A stretch of DNA of 64,000 nucleotides from Hydrolagus colliei. Taxonomy: Eukaryota. The translations under genes and the position numbers were made by a program. How positions within the stretch are numbered: the stretch's first letter is position 1; each line of letters starts with the position of its first letter. This document shows positions 37,579-50,000 of this stretch, in pieces. Where the stretch lies: assembly GCA_035084275.1 (NCBI GenBank), contig CM068747.1, positions 16,120,001-16,184,000 of the forward strand. Direction: 5' to 3'. Under the pieces are notes generated by a model. It ran no database searches, was not told the DNA's origin, and saw nothing but the letters and a program-made list of their open reading frames with translations.

Positions 37579-38087
37579 TTTCAAAAAGCACTGGTTTCTT
37601 CCTCTAGTTTCTAATTGTTTCTAGGTGAGAATATAGGTATTATTGCAATTGGAGTTAACCAATAAGGAACTGACCATTGAAGCTGAGCAGTGTAGTCCTG
37701 AGAGATAATTTGCACTGAGGAAACCTTGAGCAAGTCAATTTAGCATCACCTGTACCACACCATCCAAGTACTTTCAATCAATTTTTTGAAAAATGTTACA
37801 TAAGAGCATATTATGCGAATAATATGTTGCAACAACCTGTGCTTATATTGTGCTTGTCAGGTAGAGTATGTCTTAGAGCACTTTACAGATATTGTGCTGG
37901 ACACAGAGGGGTAGGGCTGGTGACCGTATTTCAAAAAGCACTGGTTACTTCCTCTACTTTCTAATTGCTTTCTAGGTGAGATCATAGTTATTATTGCAAT
38001 TGGAGTTAAACCAATAAGGAACTGACCATTGAAGCTGAGCAGTGCAGTCCTGAGAGATAATGTGCACTGAGGCAATCTTGAGCGAGT
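37579..38087 (+). repeat. Direct duplication of about 158 bp (37579-37735 and 37929-38087)
   Basis: Both copies read TTTCAAAAAGCACTGGTT...CCAATAAGGAACTGACCATTGAAGCTGAGCAGTG.AGTCCTGAGAGATAAT.TGCACTGAGG. Confidence 0.9.
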
Positions 38088-39004
38088 ATTAGAATAATTC
38101 GATTTTTTTTGGCAGTTTTTGAAAATTGGTGATGTGAGTTCCAGAAGCTGGAGTACAGTGACTGAAGGTTTGGCTTCTGAAAGTCGTGTAAGGAGGAAGG
38201 GGCAAACAGCAGGCCTAACTTTACCCAGTGGAAGAGGCAAAATCTTATGCAAGTTTCCTGACTCCAAACACACATCTCTGTATACCTAGCAATAAGTTGG
38301 AACCCGATTGTTAGTCAATTGGTGGATCAGTTTCCAGGGCTAATAATCCCTTCAAAAATAAGAATAAAAATTTGGTCAGCCAATCCACAACTGTTTTTGG
38401 GACACTTCTGTGCATAATCGACTGCTCCATTTCACTCACGAAAACACAGTTCCTACACTTTATGTTGTATCCTGTAAAGCACTTTGAGACGTCTCGATGA
38501 CATGATAAGCCACTAAATCAAATGCAAGAATTATTAGTATTTTATTATTTTGTGGAAGGGTCAAGCAGAAAAGTTTTAATATTAAAATGCAAAACACCAA
38601 AATCCAAGCCCTGCACATAAACTTAGTTACTCTAGTCTGAAACTATCTCTGCTGCCAACCACTAAATAATCAGCATGAAGCATACATCAGGTTTCCAGCT
38701 CTGCATTCTTCTATTGCTGGAAGAGATATTGCTTTGCTTGCAGTGGTATAAACCAGGCAGAACAGATTAAATTATTTGAAGGAAAAACAGAAGAGAACTG
38801 GGAGGATTCTGTCAATGATATTCTGTTATTGGCTGACCAAACACAAATACAGGAATGTAGATGTTGCAACGGTTTTGCACACTCCCTGAAATCAGTTTAG
38901 CCAAATTCTAAATCCTCATTCCAACCAAACACACACTATCCTTGGGATACAGCATGCCGGAAACTTCAATTAGTACCACTCTGCTCTCCTTCCCTTGATA
39001 ATAA

Positions 39005-39337
39005 ACATAATCCTTGCATTTGATAAGGCGCCTTATCAAGTCATTCAGATGTCTTAAAGCGCTTCAGAGAATATAATGTAAAGTGAATTAACTATATTTT
39101 GAGTGTGAAATTTGGCAGCCAATTGTGGATTGAGGGACCAAATTCTTTCTTTCAAAGGGGTTATTACCCCCCCCCCCCCAGAATGTGATCTGCCAATCAA
39201 CTAACAATTGGATTCCTACTTACTTCTGGGTAAACAGAGATGTGTGCAGGAAGGAAACTTGCCTAGTTTTGCACTGGCCAGGAATCAAACCCGATCTTCT
39301 CGCTTGAGAGGCGAGTGCTCTGATCACTAAGCTACAC
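39005..39337 (-). mobile_element. tRNA-SINE (long subfamily)
   Basis: Head TGTAGCTTAGTGATCAGAGCACTCGCC..GGGTTTGATTCC, internal TGTTTACCCAGAAGTAAGTAGGAATCC, shared tail. Confidence 0.85.
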
Positions 39338-40976
39338 TGCACAGGCATCAGTGGTTTTCTCCTCCTTCCTAAATAGTCCTGCTTCGAAATGCTGCAAAGC
39401 ATCTTCTAAACATGTGTACCACAAAATACGTTCATATTTTACGAAAAATTCAATAAACCATTTGTTTGCCATAGGCTGCTAATATAAAAACTTCTACGGA
39501 TGACTAGAGATAGTAAAACGCACTCAAGGCAGATTACTAAATGCCAGTTGAGGATACAATATAGTGCTCAGCTAAGTTAGTGTTCAATGTAATTGAGAAT
39601 TTCCTTAATCATTCAACCTGAAGCCTTACCTGAAACCTCTGAGCTCTTCAACCTAAAGCTTGTAGAGCTGATAAATGGCAACAGTTTTATCTTAAGTTGT
39701 GCAGTGCAAATGGTGCTGAAATAATATGTTAAACTGATTCATTTGTGACTGTTAGTAGCCATTAAGTGAATTGTGGCATAAATTATCCATCAAAGATCTG
39801 AATTCCGAGCAGTCTGGCCATCTGTAGTCACTATCCTTGCCTAAACAATGCATATCCAGGCCTCAGTATTGAACCTACCTGACACCTGCTATTAGTCAAT
39901 TGGGGTGGTTAAAAAGACTGAAAGACTTTGTGGGGGATGGACTTTAAAATTTCCTCCATCAGTCTCAAGTACTCTTGTTTGACAGTCATCTAAACATACA
40001 TTGTATATACCAAATACGGTACTTGCACTTCAGAGCATTTAGTTTGGTCGCATCCAGTGGCAAATGCAATGCTTTTCTCTTCTTTCTGTATTCTTACTGC
40101 ATTAAAAATAGTTGCCCTCAGTCTTTTTCTGCCAGTTTTGTTACTGTGCAAATTAACATGAAATATAACCTGTGTTGTTATGTTTGTAGTGCATATTTAA
40201 AAAAAAGTGTAATCTCTGTACATCTCTACATCTGGTAATATACTCTCGCTATTTCAGACGGCCTGTTTCTGCTAAATTTTGTATCTCATTTTCAATGGAG
40301 ATGCTTGAATATTAAATTACAATTGATATATGCAAATGCAATAGTAGGTTACAGTGGTTGCTCATTAGATTGCTTGAAGAATAGAGCCACCGTATCAAAA
40401 ACACAAATAAAACCATTAAATGTTACCGATTGAAAACAGTCCAGAGTTATTGTTGGTCGTCTAAGGGTTAAATACTGGGTTGAAGTGAGCAGAACTCTGA
40501 ACTTTACAACTGTGTCAGCTTCTTATTAATGACATGCTATTCTTCAATGCAGTCTGCAACTGCATTTTTATCTATGAATAGATTTGGCCTAATGTGTCAA
40601 GCAACCCTCGTTTATTTTTGCCTCAACCCCTGATTTTTCAGTCTGGTCATCAGTGCAAATAAGTGTTTCCCTGCTCAATGTGCTTGGTTTGTCCTCACTT
40701 AAGCCACTAGATGGAGCATCACACCATGGTGAAAAAGTGACACTGTTATACACTGAAGGGCGATGGGAGGTAAAAGACATGAAAAAGACTAGCTAAAAAA
40801 CAAAAGTTAGGTAAAAACTAGACTGGAAAGGCATTACATTTCTTTTTGCCCTAAAGGTTAATTATATTTTGTACATGTAAACACAAAGTATATGCTGTGA
40901 GACGCTGTGTGACATCTTGAAGATGTGATAACAAGAACATTACATTTGCATTGTGTCTTTCACGTTGGAAGGACGT

Positions 40977-41538
40977 GTAGGAAGTCTTGCTGCAATTGTA
41001 TAGGGCCTTGGTGAGTCCACACCTAGAATGTTGTGCGCAGTTTTGTTCTGCTTTTTTAAGAAAGGACATACTCGCCTTATAGTGCAGTGGAGATTCACTA
41101 GGTTGGTTCCTGGGATGAGGGGGTTGACCTGTGAAGATAGGTTGAGTAAACTAGGCCTATATTTCTAGAATATAGAAGAATTAGAGGTGATTTTATAGAA
41201 ACATTTAAGATTCTTAAGGGGCATGACAAAGTAGGCAGTGGGAGACTGTCTCCCCTGGTAGGAGAATCTATAACTAGGGGTCATAGTCACAAGATTAAGG
41301 GTCAGCCTTTTACGAACAGAGTTGAGGAAATATTTTGTCACTCAGAGGTAGTGAATTTATGTAATTCTCTACCTCAGAAGGCTGTGGATGCTCAGTTCCT
41401 TGAACATATTCAAGACTGAGATTGATAGATTTCTAAAGCATAGAGGGATAAAGGTTAGAAGATTAGCCATGATCTTATAAATGGTGGGGCAGGCTCGAGG
41501 GCTGAATGGCCTATTCCTGCTCCTTTCCTTATGTTTTA
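40977..41538 (+). mobile_element. CR1 3' end, nested in an L2 tail
   Basis: EVLLQLYRALVSPHLECCAQF..KKDIL; 3' UTR GGCTCGAGGGCTGAATGGCCTATTCCTGCTCCT. Confidence 0.9.
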
Positions 41539-41539
41539 A

Positions 41540-41890
41540 TGTCCTAGGCACCGGATAGTCAGTGTTTCGGACCTGACTTGGGGTCAGGATCGGGGAGGGT
41601 GGAAGGGAGTAGAAAGGGGGTGGCCGATGACACAATCGAAGAGGAGGTTCTTGAAATGGGACTTGAAAGAGGCTAGGGAGGGGCGAGGTAGAGGGATTGC
41701 GGGATGGGGCGCAAATTCTGATGTTGGGGGCAGAATGGCTGAAGGCTTACGTGCTGATGGTGGGTTGGGTGGGTCGGGCTAGATGGAGCAGGCCATAGCC
41801 TGCTGAGCGGAGGGAGCAGACAGTTTGGTAGGAGAAAAGTCAGTCGCAGAGGTAGGACAGGACAAGGCTATGGAGGGCTTTAAAGTTGGG
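41540..41890 (-). mobile_element. L2 3' fragment (its tail continues at 40930-40976)
   Basis: Reverse complement FKALHSL.LSYLCD...LRS.GYGLL..SLASFKSHFK..LFD. Confidence 0.8.
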
Positions 41891-42499
41891 AACCGGGATA
41901 AGGTGTTATATCAAATGCAAGGAATATTATTATGTTTATTTGTTGTCACGCTGCCAATCTATAGTGAAAGCATACATCTCTCTCCCTGTCTCTATCTATA
42001 TATAGAGAGAGAAGCAAAAATCTGTTGAATAAACTTGCTTTACTTTGAATACTGATATACAGTGGAAGTTTTTTTTGCATGAAAGAAATATCGACTCTTG
42101 AAATGCATTTTGTTTTAAAAATTCTAAATGTCATTGATTAATTTCACTCATTTGAATTGTTTCCTGATCGTGATACACAAAATAATTAAATAATGCTAAG
42201 AATATTGTATTGATTTTAATATTTTTTTCAGAAATATGGGCAAATATGGGGTTAATGCTTTTATGCACATTATTTTAATAGGGTTGCAAATTTATATTGT
42301 GCAATTAAAATGTGTGGTTATTGTGGTATTTGAAATCCTTTCACCGGGGACAATTTTTGAGAACAAGGATAATCCAGAGGATAATTTGAAAACCCAAATG
42401 TTCAAGGACATGATTTCAGTCCTGCAGCTTCATACATTTGCAGGTATCACAGAATTTATCCTGAGCTTTTAGATGTGCAATAGAGGTTGCAGCATTGCT

Positions 42500-42894
42500 T
42501 TGTTACAAGATACAAATTGAAGGCAATAGAGATCCAAAAGCTTCTCAGTTTATAACTGCGCTTCTTGCTGGTTGAATGTCTTACACGAGGCAGTGAATCT
42601 GAATGGTTTTGATACAGACCGGCTGTGTGGTAGATTCCATGATTAATCAGTGAAATTCCATCCTCCAGCATCATTCACTGCCCTCTTGTGATGTAAGACC
42701 AGACGTACACTGCATTGAAAAGTCAAGACACACACTGCACACATACACCTACAAATTCTGCTGAAAGGAGAGGAGGGAGATCGGCTCATTTAGCAGAAGA
42801 ATTTCCTTTGACATTTCTAGATTACGCAGCCCAGCATTGGTTCTCTGCTGACTTACTGAGTGTGCAGCGAGGCAACACAGCTTCATTTGTCGCA
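42500..42894 (+). promoter_or_regulatory. LRP1B: Putative LRP1B promoter / 5' UTR
   Basis: Repeat-free, modestly CpG-retaining sequence immediately upstream of the start codon; the TSS cannot be determined from sequence. Confidence 0.5.
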
Positions 42895-42976
42895 ATGTCT
42901 GAGTTTATTTTAGCTTTGGTAACAATATCAGGATTATTGCCCATCATCAAGGCTGTCTCAGTTCTAGTCGATGAAG
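42895..42976 (+). CDS. LRP1B: LDL receptor-related protein 1B, first coding exon (signal peptide)
   Basis: GCAATG start; MSEFILALVTISGLLPIIKAVSVLVDE plus 1 nt, then donor G|GTAAG. Matches the human LRP1B N-terminus [27 protein letters not shown] in sequence; the 82-nt phase-1 length agrees with my recollection of human exon 1. Confidence 0.9.
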
Positions 42977-44389
42977 GTAAGAATACTTTATTTATTGAAA
43001 TGCTAATCTGAAGAAGTCTTCAAACTTGTACGTTTTCATATGTTATTCATGTCTGTGTAGCGCTGCTATATTCTAAGCAGAGCTTCTAGCTACTGTGCTT
43101 AATTACTGCTTCTTTGTAACCCTTGAGTGACTGTCTTGTTTAAAGAATGAGTACAGTACTGTATCCTGAAAGCATTCTGCATCTGGTGAGAAAAAAGGAG
43201 CGTTGTGATTTTTTCTTCTCCGTTGAACTATAGCAACTGTGCTCACTGAGAAGTTCAGTGCATTTGACTTTAATTCAGTGCTTTACTTGGGTCTCCGAGA
43301 GCTCTTTTAAATGTATTAAATCATGTTTTAGTACACAGTCTTAGCGGGTTGAATAATTTATTTCCTTCCTTCCATCTCTGTTATTGCTTTTCTTCATTAG
43401 CGTGGTTTGTGCTATCTCCTTGGGAGGCATCTGATGTTGTCTTGATTTGTTTGTCATGTCATGAAAATCATTGTACGTGCTATCATTAAACATAAATGCT
43501 CCACATAGATTTTTATGCATTATATGAAGGGCGTCCTATACATTTGCACCTGTGTTTGCAAGTGTAACACCAGGGATTTTACATTTTGCCTGGGCTTTGG
43601 AGTTATATAACTAAACATGGCCATGTCTCGAATCTCAAAAAAGCCAAATATAAACGTTCAGTTACTTCCTGCCACTTTCACTATTGCCTTCGTATGTGTG
43701 GTTTCTATTCTGTGCCATCGAGAAGTACGCCGTGGAGTCAAAAATCTACTTATTTTCTATGCAATATTAAACATGTAATTACCCTTAATATGTAACATTA
43801 AGAGCATAAGTAAGTTGTAGTTTTGATGATGATCTACAACAACTCATTGTGTAATGATGTTTATTAGTTATGACTTTGCCCATTTCTTTGATGAAGGAAT
43901 CTCTTGTGACTGTTTGTTATGTGTTTTGCTCAGAAACAGCAATTCAGTCATTTTCTGCAATGTTGACTCTGGTTTCTTAAGAATGGTTCTTGCTGAATTC
44001 TGCATTCCTATTTCATTCACTGCACTCTGAAGAGAGTTGAAGCTGATCTGCAGAAAAATATATCAGTTGATTTAATCACCTTTATACATTATCACATTCA
44101 TAATGTGTATAATGCTTTTTAGCCTGAACATAAAAATACCTTTATTTGACTTACAAAACATGCACAGGTGTACATGTTTTTAGTTAGAATGAATACAATG
44201 ATTCATCAGTGGAAAAGTTTAAATGTTACATTAAACATTGGAAAAAAGCAAACTTTTGGGGGAGATTTTATTTCCAAGGAAAGAATAAGACTGTAAAAAA
44301 CATTCTTGTAGCAAAAGTCAATGTTTCAAAATAAGAAAACAATTCCTGCATTTCCCTCAATTTGTTTCATTATAATGAATAAAAAGTGA

Positions 44390-44562
44390 ATAATAATAAA
44401 ATTGATCATTTCAATCCACGACTGTTTGTGGGACACTGCTGTGCACAATTGGCTGCCGCGTTTCGCCCACAACTATACAGTCAATTCACTTTAAAGAATA
44501 TTCTGTGAAGAGCTTTGAGATGTGAAAAGCTCTGTATCAAATGCAAGGATTATTATTATTAT
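44390..44562 (+). mobile_element. tRNA-SINE 3' half (little diverged)
   Basis: AATCCACGACTGTTTGTGGGACACTGCTGTGCACAATTGGCTGCCGCGTTTCGCCCAC plus the tail; CpGs retained. Confidence 0.9.
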
Positions 44563-45559
44563 TAAGGATAGTGAGTGTATAATGTACGAATATGCAAAGA
44601 ATCATTGAAATTGATACTTTAATCTTTCAGCTTTGAAAAATAGCCAGGTTCAAAAACCTATGACTGTGGTCATTCGAGGGACCTGATTGATCATGTCAAT
44701 CATAAGCCATTCGTATAAATTTTGATGCAAAAGTTATTCTGAACTTTATGGCTCTCCTATTCTGGAATAGTCATTCGCCAAAAGATATATTTTGGCAGTC
44801 GTACAACAAGAATATTACAATCAGCAGCATGTTAAACAGAAATGTGAGGTGTTTTTTTTCATTCGGAAAAGAACTGTGTGCAATGTGTTATTTCAGCTGC
44901 TTTGGCATACTGATGCCACAGTAAAGATTTCATATGGTATAGTTTCTGCTTGTGATTAGCTGATTCAATGATTGATAAATAGGATATTCCTCAGACATCA
45001 GCCAACATCATTCTAAAGCCAGCATTTGTAAATAAATGTGAAGTAAAACTGTAAATTTTCTTTTTTCTTCTTCATGTATGTTAAAAGCATGCTCTCTGCA
45101 CATTCCCAACATGAGCTGTTTAAGTGACAATTAATATATACATGGCTTTTAAAATCAACGTGATGGTAGCAAACTACATTAAAAGGTTTGAAGGAAGTTG
45201 CCAACGCCAACATTACATTAAAACTTTGGTTTAGTACCCAATGATGACACGCTGTACATTCATCTATCAGTTTATCATTTTGTTTGTCGAATAATGAGCT
45301 GCTTCTTGCTTTCTCTGTCTTGCTTGCTATGCATGCCATTTGCAGTTCCCTCTTCTGGGAAGTTAGCAAAAGTGACCTAGTAGTGATATTCTCTCTCCCT
45401 CTCCCCGCTCGCCCTTTGGATAATCTTCTGCCCTTGGCTCAGTGAGATGGTGGTCTCAATGTTTGGGGTGCAGTGGCAATCCTATGTAGGGGGCCTGTGG
45501 CATGACCCGTAGCAAAAGCACAAAATGCCACTGCAGCATTGTGTTGGCCTGGCATTATT

Positions 45560-45895
45560 GGAGTCCTGTAGCTTAGTGATTAGAGCACTTGCCTCGTAAG
45601 CGAGGGATCTTGGTTTGATTCCCGGCAGGGCAAAATGTTGGACAAGTCTCCTTATTCCACTCGCTTCTGTTTACCTAGCAGTAAGTAGCATCCTGGTTGT
45701 TAGTTGATTGGCGAATCAGTTTTCCAGGGGTAATAATCCATGTTTAAAAAATAATAATTTCAGCCCTTCATTCTACAACTACTGTACTATGCACAATTGG
45801 CTGCTGTATTTTGACCACAAAACAAATAGGAAACTCACTTTACAGCAGATTCAGTGAAGCCCTTCGAGACTTCTAGAAGAAGGATTATTATTATT
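45560..45895 (+). mobile_element. tRNA-SINE, full length (long subfamily)
   Basis: GGAGTCCTGTAGCTTAGTGATTAGAGCAC..GGTTTGATTCCC..TGTTTACCTAGCAGTAAGTAG plus the tail. Confidence 0.87.
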
Positions 45896-46089
45896 AGTGT
45901 CTGTTAGAATATGTATTGAATTTATTATCCAGATATTAGTGAATAATTTACCCTGCCTGATTAATAATTTTAATATTTCTGATTCCAGCATCTAATTTAC
46001 TAGCAAATATTGTACAAGTGATCTAATTGTTACTCTGAAACACGTATGTGACTAATTGTTTTTGTAATAGGAACAGTTAAGCATAAAAA

Positions 46090-46167
46090 GGTATGATTCT
46101 GAGAATGGTCTGGAGTAACAAATGCATTCTTAATTGTTACTCTCAGACCATTCTCAGAATCATATCC
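46090..46167. repeat. Near-perfect inverted repeat (about 31-bp stem, 12-nt loop)
   Basis: TATGATTCTGAGAATGGTCTG-GAGTAACAA pairs with TTGTTACTCTCAGACCATTCTCAGAATCATA, with one bulge. Confidence 0.9.
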
Positions 46168-46545
46168 CTAAACTGGTTAGTCAGTAGTATTTGTCTTTTC
46201 ATTCTTTTTCCTTCCAATTCTGGTAATTGGAGCGAACTTGCAGCCCGTTCACTGATCTTTGTGATTTGAGAATGCTATTGTCTTAGCCAGCCGCTAGGGG
46301 TGTGGTTACCTTCAGATTAGACAATATTTTTTAGTATTTTATGGTATGGTTCCACTTTCCACCTGGGCATCTTCCCCAACACCAACACTCAACAACAACA
46401 ACAAAATTACACTTGTATAGTGTCTTTCATGTCAGGAGGACGTCTAAAGGCACTCAACACAGTAGATGGAAACAATTCAAAAAATAAAAATAATAATCCT
46501 TGCATTTGATATTGTGCCTTAGCATGTCTTTGTGATGTCTCAAAG

Positions 46546-46955
46546 TTCAAAATTCTTGTCCTCATCTTCAAGTCCTTCTATGGCCTTGCCCCCACCTACC
46601 TCTCCGATCTCCTAACCATTTATCAACCAGTCTGCTCCCTCCATTCAACAGGCTCTGGCCTGATCCATCTCTCCCGCCAGGCCTGCCCCACGATTGGGTG
46701 GTCGGGACATAAGGCTCTCTGCCCCTACCCTCTGGAATACCATCCCACAATCCCTTCACCTTGCTCCCTCCCTTGCCTCCTTCAAGACATGCCTCAAGAC
46801 GTTCCTCTTCGACCATGCAACCCTCCTACCCACTCTGCCCTCCATGCTCCCTAATCCCAAACCTCCCCACTTGGTTCCTAATCCCTAATCCCTGACCGTT
46901 CAGCAAGGACATCCTCCCCATGGAAAAGGTGCTTGCAAATGCAATTTTGTATTGT
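46546..46955 (+). mobile_element. L2 3' fragment
   Basis: FKILVLIFKSFYGLAPTYLSDLL..APTLWNTIPQSL..SFKTCLKTFLFD plus a degraded tail. Confidence 0.87.
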
Positions 46956-48843
46956 ACTTACCTGGTTAAAAAGGCTGCCTCCTAGTGAAGGGAATACGGG
47001 TTCAACAAAGAATCCAAGAAGCAGTCAGATTCTGTAGAGTGATATGAGCTTGATGCCGTAGTAAAATGGAGAAGATTGTTCAGGTCCCAGAGGCGGACCC
47101 GCTGATCAAAGTAGTCTTTCCTTCACTTTAGATGGTGTAACGTGATATAAAGACTGTTGCTTATGCAAATCACATTGGCAGTTGTCGAATAGACTCCTAT
47201 TTTTGCTACAATTTTGTTGCCTAGTCTGGCACGGGCAAACTGTTCATTGAAGCATAGTTCACTTTGCTGTAAGAAAAAACATAGTTAAATAGTACAATAG
47301 ATGGCTTCACATTTTCTTAACTCTCTGTTTATTTTGCCTTCACAACAGAGTAATTGACAACACTTTGAATAGAAGCACTTTGCGAAATGAGATTAATTAA
47401 AAACGAAGGAAATGTTATCAGAGAGGCAACTCATTTGCATTGGCAATACCGTACAAACAACTATGAGATAAGTGGAAAATTATTTTAGAATGTGGGTGAA
47501 TTTAGATGAAGACACAATATATGCAGTATCTGGAAAACTGTGGGAAACATTTTACACATCTTTCTGGCTGGAAAAATCTAAATGTATTCATCTATGTCCT
47601 TGTTCAGATCTTGACTGTATCAATGTAAAGGCAATACAACTTTCAGTCTAGCATGTGGCCTGAAGCAAAACCAACAGAGTGGGTTAACAGCTGCATAATT
47701 CAGAAAAATCCTACCTGATGCTTTTCCTTGGAGTTGTATGATCCCAGTGGTTTTTATCTGTTGTGGTCTGCATGCTTTTGTCCAGCTGACTCTTCCAAGT
47801 GACTCTTCCACAATGCGTGCATCCTTCTTGGGGAATTGGTGATCTATTTAAATCTCCAAATACCAGAAGACCAGCAGGTACACACTCACTTACACATCTT
47901 CTCCTTCGTCTTCTCCTTCAGCATATTACTCCCAAGCCATCACCAATATTAATCTTCTCTGACTTATAGGTATGTGAGCATAGTCTGCTGGGATCTCTTC
48001 CCCACAGCAATTGGAAACTCAGCAAAGAAGGGGAATGAACCTTAGTCCCACTATTCTATGATACTACGCATCATCTGGCGCAGGGGCCTTAAAGGCAAAA
48101 ACCAAAGAGAATCCTTTAAGAATTAAAGAAAAGAAAGAGCATTCTGCTAAGAATCCAGGATAATTTTGCCCACAAATATGCAGTCAATTCACTTTGCAGT
48201 ATATTCTGTGAAGTACTTTAAGACGTCGATAAGATGTGAAAAACGCTATATCAAATGCAAGGAACATTATTATTATTATAATAATGCCTTAATTAAAAAA
48301 ATAATTACTTGATCTTTTGGTCACTTGATCCATGACTGTTTGTGGGACACTAATGTGTGCAACTGGCTGCCCCATTTTACCCACAAAATATACAATCAAT
48401 TCACTGTATATCCTGCTTGTTGGCCTCCCCAACTCCTCTCTCCATTGGCTGCATATCATCGAGAACTCTGTAGCCCATGTCTTCTCCCACACCAAGTCCA
48501 CGACCCTATCACCTCCATTCTCGCCCAACTCCACCGGCTTCCCAACCACCCAGCATTGTTGTGTGATAATTTGTGCAATGTGCTTTTTTTTAGTCAGCTG
48601 AAAACCCATCACCGTGCTTAATATTATCCAAGTCAAATTGAGAATATCATGCATCCCACCTACACATGAAAATTCCCAAGATAGATTGTTGGAATGGAGG
48701 TGTGTATCCTGCTTACCTAATTCCGGAAAGTATTCGGTGTAGGTTGGCAGGAGACAATGTTTGGGGACCTCAGAATGTGTGGGGCTGGAGACTAACTAAC
48801 CAGGTAAAATGTGTTCATAGCAATATGAACTATTCCAATTTGT

Positions 48844-49080
48844 GGAGTCCTCCAGCTCAGTAGTTGGAGCACTGGCCTTGCAAGCAAGAGACCTGGGTTC
48901 GGTTCCCAGCAGGGCAAAACCTTGGGCAAGTTTTGTTACTTCACACACCTGATAATAATCCCTCAAAATAAAATAATAATAAATTGGTCACTTCTATCCA
49001 TGACTGTTTGTGGGACACTGCTGTGTGCAATTGGCTACCGCGTTTCACCCACAATTTTACAGTACAATATATTCTGTGAA
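48844..49080 (+). mobile_element. tRNA-SINE, 3'-truncated
   Basis: GGAGTCCTCCAGCTCAGTAGTTGGAGCAC..GGGTTCGGTTCCC plus the core. Confidence 0.87.
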
Positions 49081-49463
49081 GATAAAATGGAAACCCACAG
49101 CTAAAACAACAAATTGAAACCGCACTGTCCTTTGAATGGTCCAACATTGATTTTCACATAAAATAAGAGAGGAATTTATTTTTTAACCAAGCACCAAGAT
49201 TGTTTTAAACAATCAACACCTGGCATTCAATGCTGAATGCTGTCTGTGTGAAATGTGGTTTTATTACCATTAACAAAATGTACCACACTTGCAATAATGT
49301 ATATGTTAAAGCCTATAAAACAGCTAACAATACAGTTAGTGTGCACGTTAAATAGTCCACAAATTCATCTGGTGATAATGAAGTGAAAATGATCGAATGC
49401 TAAAATTGGAAATGGCATGTTTCAGACAAGAATGTACATGGTAATGTAACATCCCTTTGTTCT

Positions 49464-49797
49464 GGAGTCCTCTAGTGTGGTGGTTAGCACATTTGCCTCA
49501 CAAGCGAGAGACCTGCGTTTGATTCCCGGGTGGAGCAAAACCTTAGGTAAGTTTTCTAACTCCAGAAACCCGGTTGTTAGTCAATTGGCAGATCACGTTC
49601 TGGGGTGTAATATTCCCTCCAAGAAAATTTAAAAATAAGTTGATCACTCAATCCACATTTGTGGGACGCAGCTGTGTGTGATTGGCTATCACATTTCGCC
49701 CGCAAAATACAGTCTTTACAATATATTTTGTGGAGCCCTTTGAGACGTTTCAGCAACGTGATAAGATGATATATCAAATGCAAGGATTATTATTATT
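49464..49797 (+). mobile_element. tRNA-SINE, full length
   Basis: Head, partial long-subfamily insert, core and tail. Confidence 0.87.
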
Positions 49798-50000
49798 GTT
49801 TTAATGGTAGACATACTCTCCAATTTCCCGAACACCCATCCTGCTGCCACATTTTGTGATTGAGGCCAAGGTAAATACAAAGCCAATCAAAGGGCAGCAT
49901 CAATTCTGGCTGTGTCACTACCTGGCAGGATGTGAAGAAAAATCAATGTAAAGTTTGATAATTATTTTGCAGAAAGTGGGCAGATACCCTGTGATATGTC

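Noticed and set aside
42715-43011. 98-aa ORF as a complete gene
   Set aside because: It starts at TTG in the 5' UTR and reads through the splice donor; only 42895-42976 is supported.
46955-46966. TACTTACCTGG resembling the U1 snRNA 5' end
   Set aside because: Only 11 nt match and the following sequence is not U1; it is equally a chance minus-strand donor motif.
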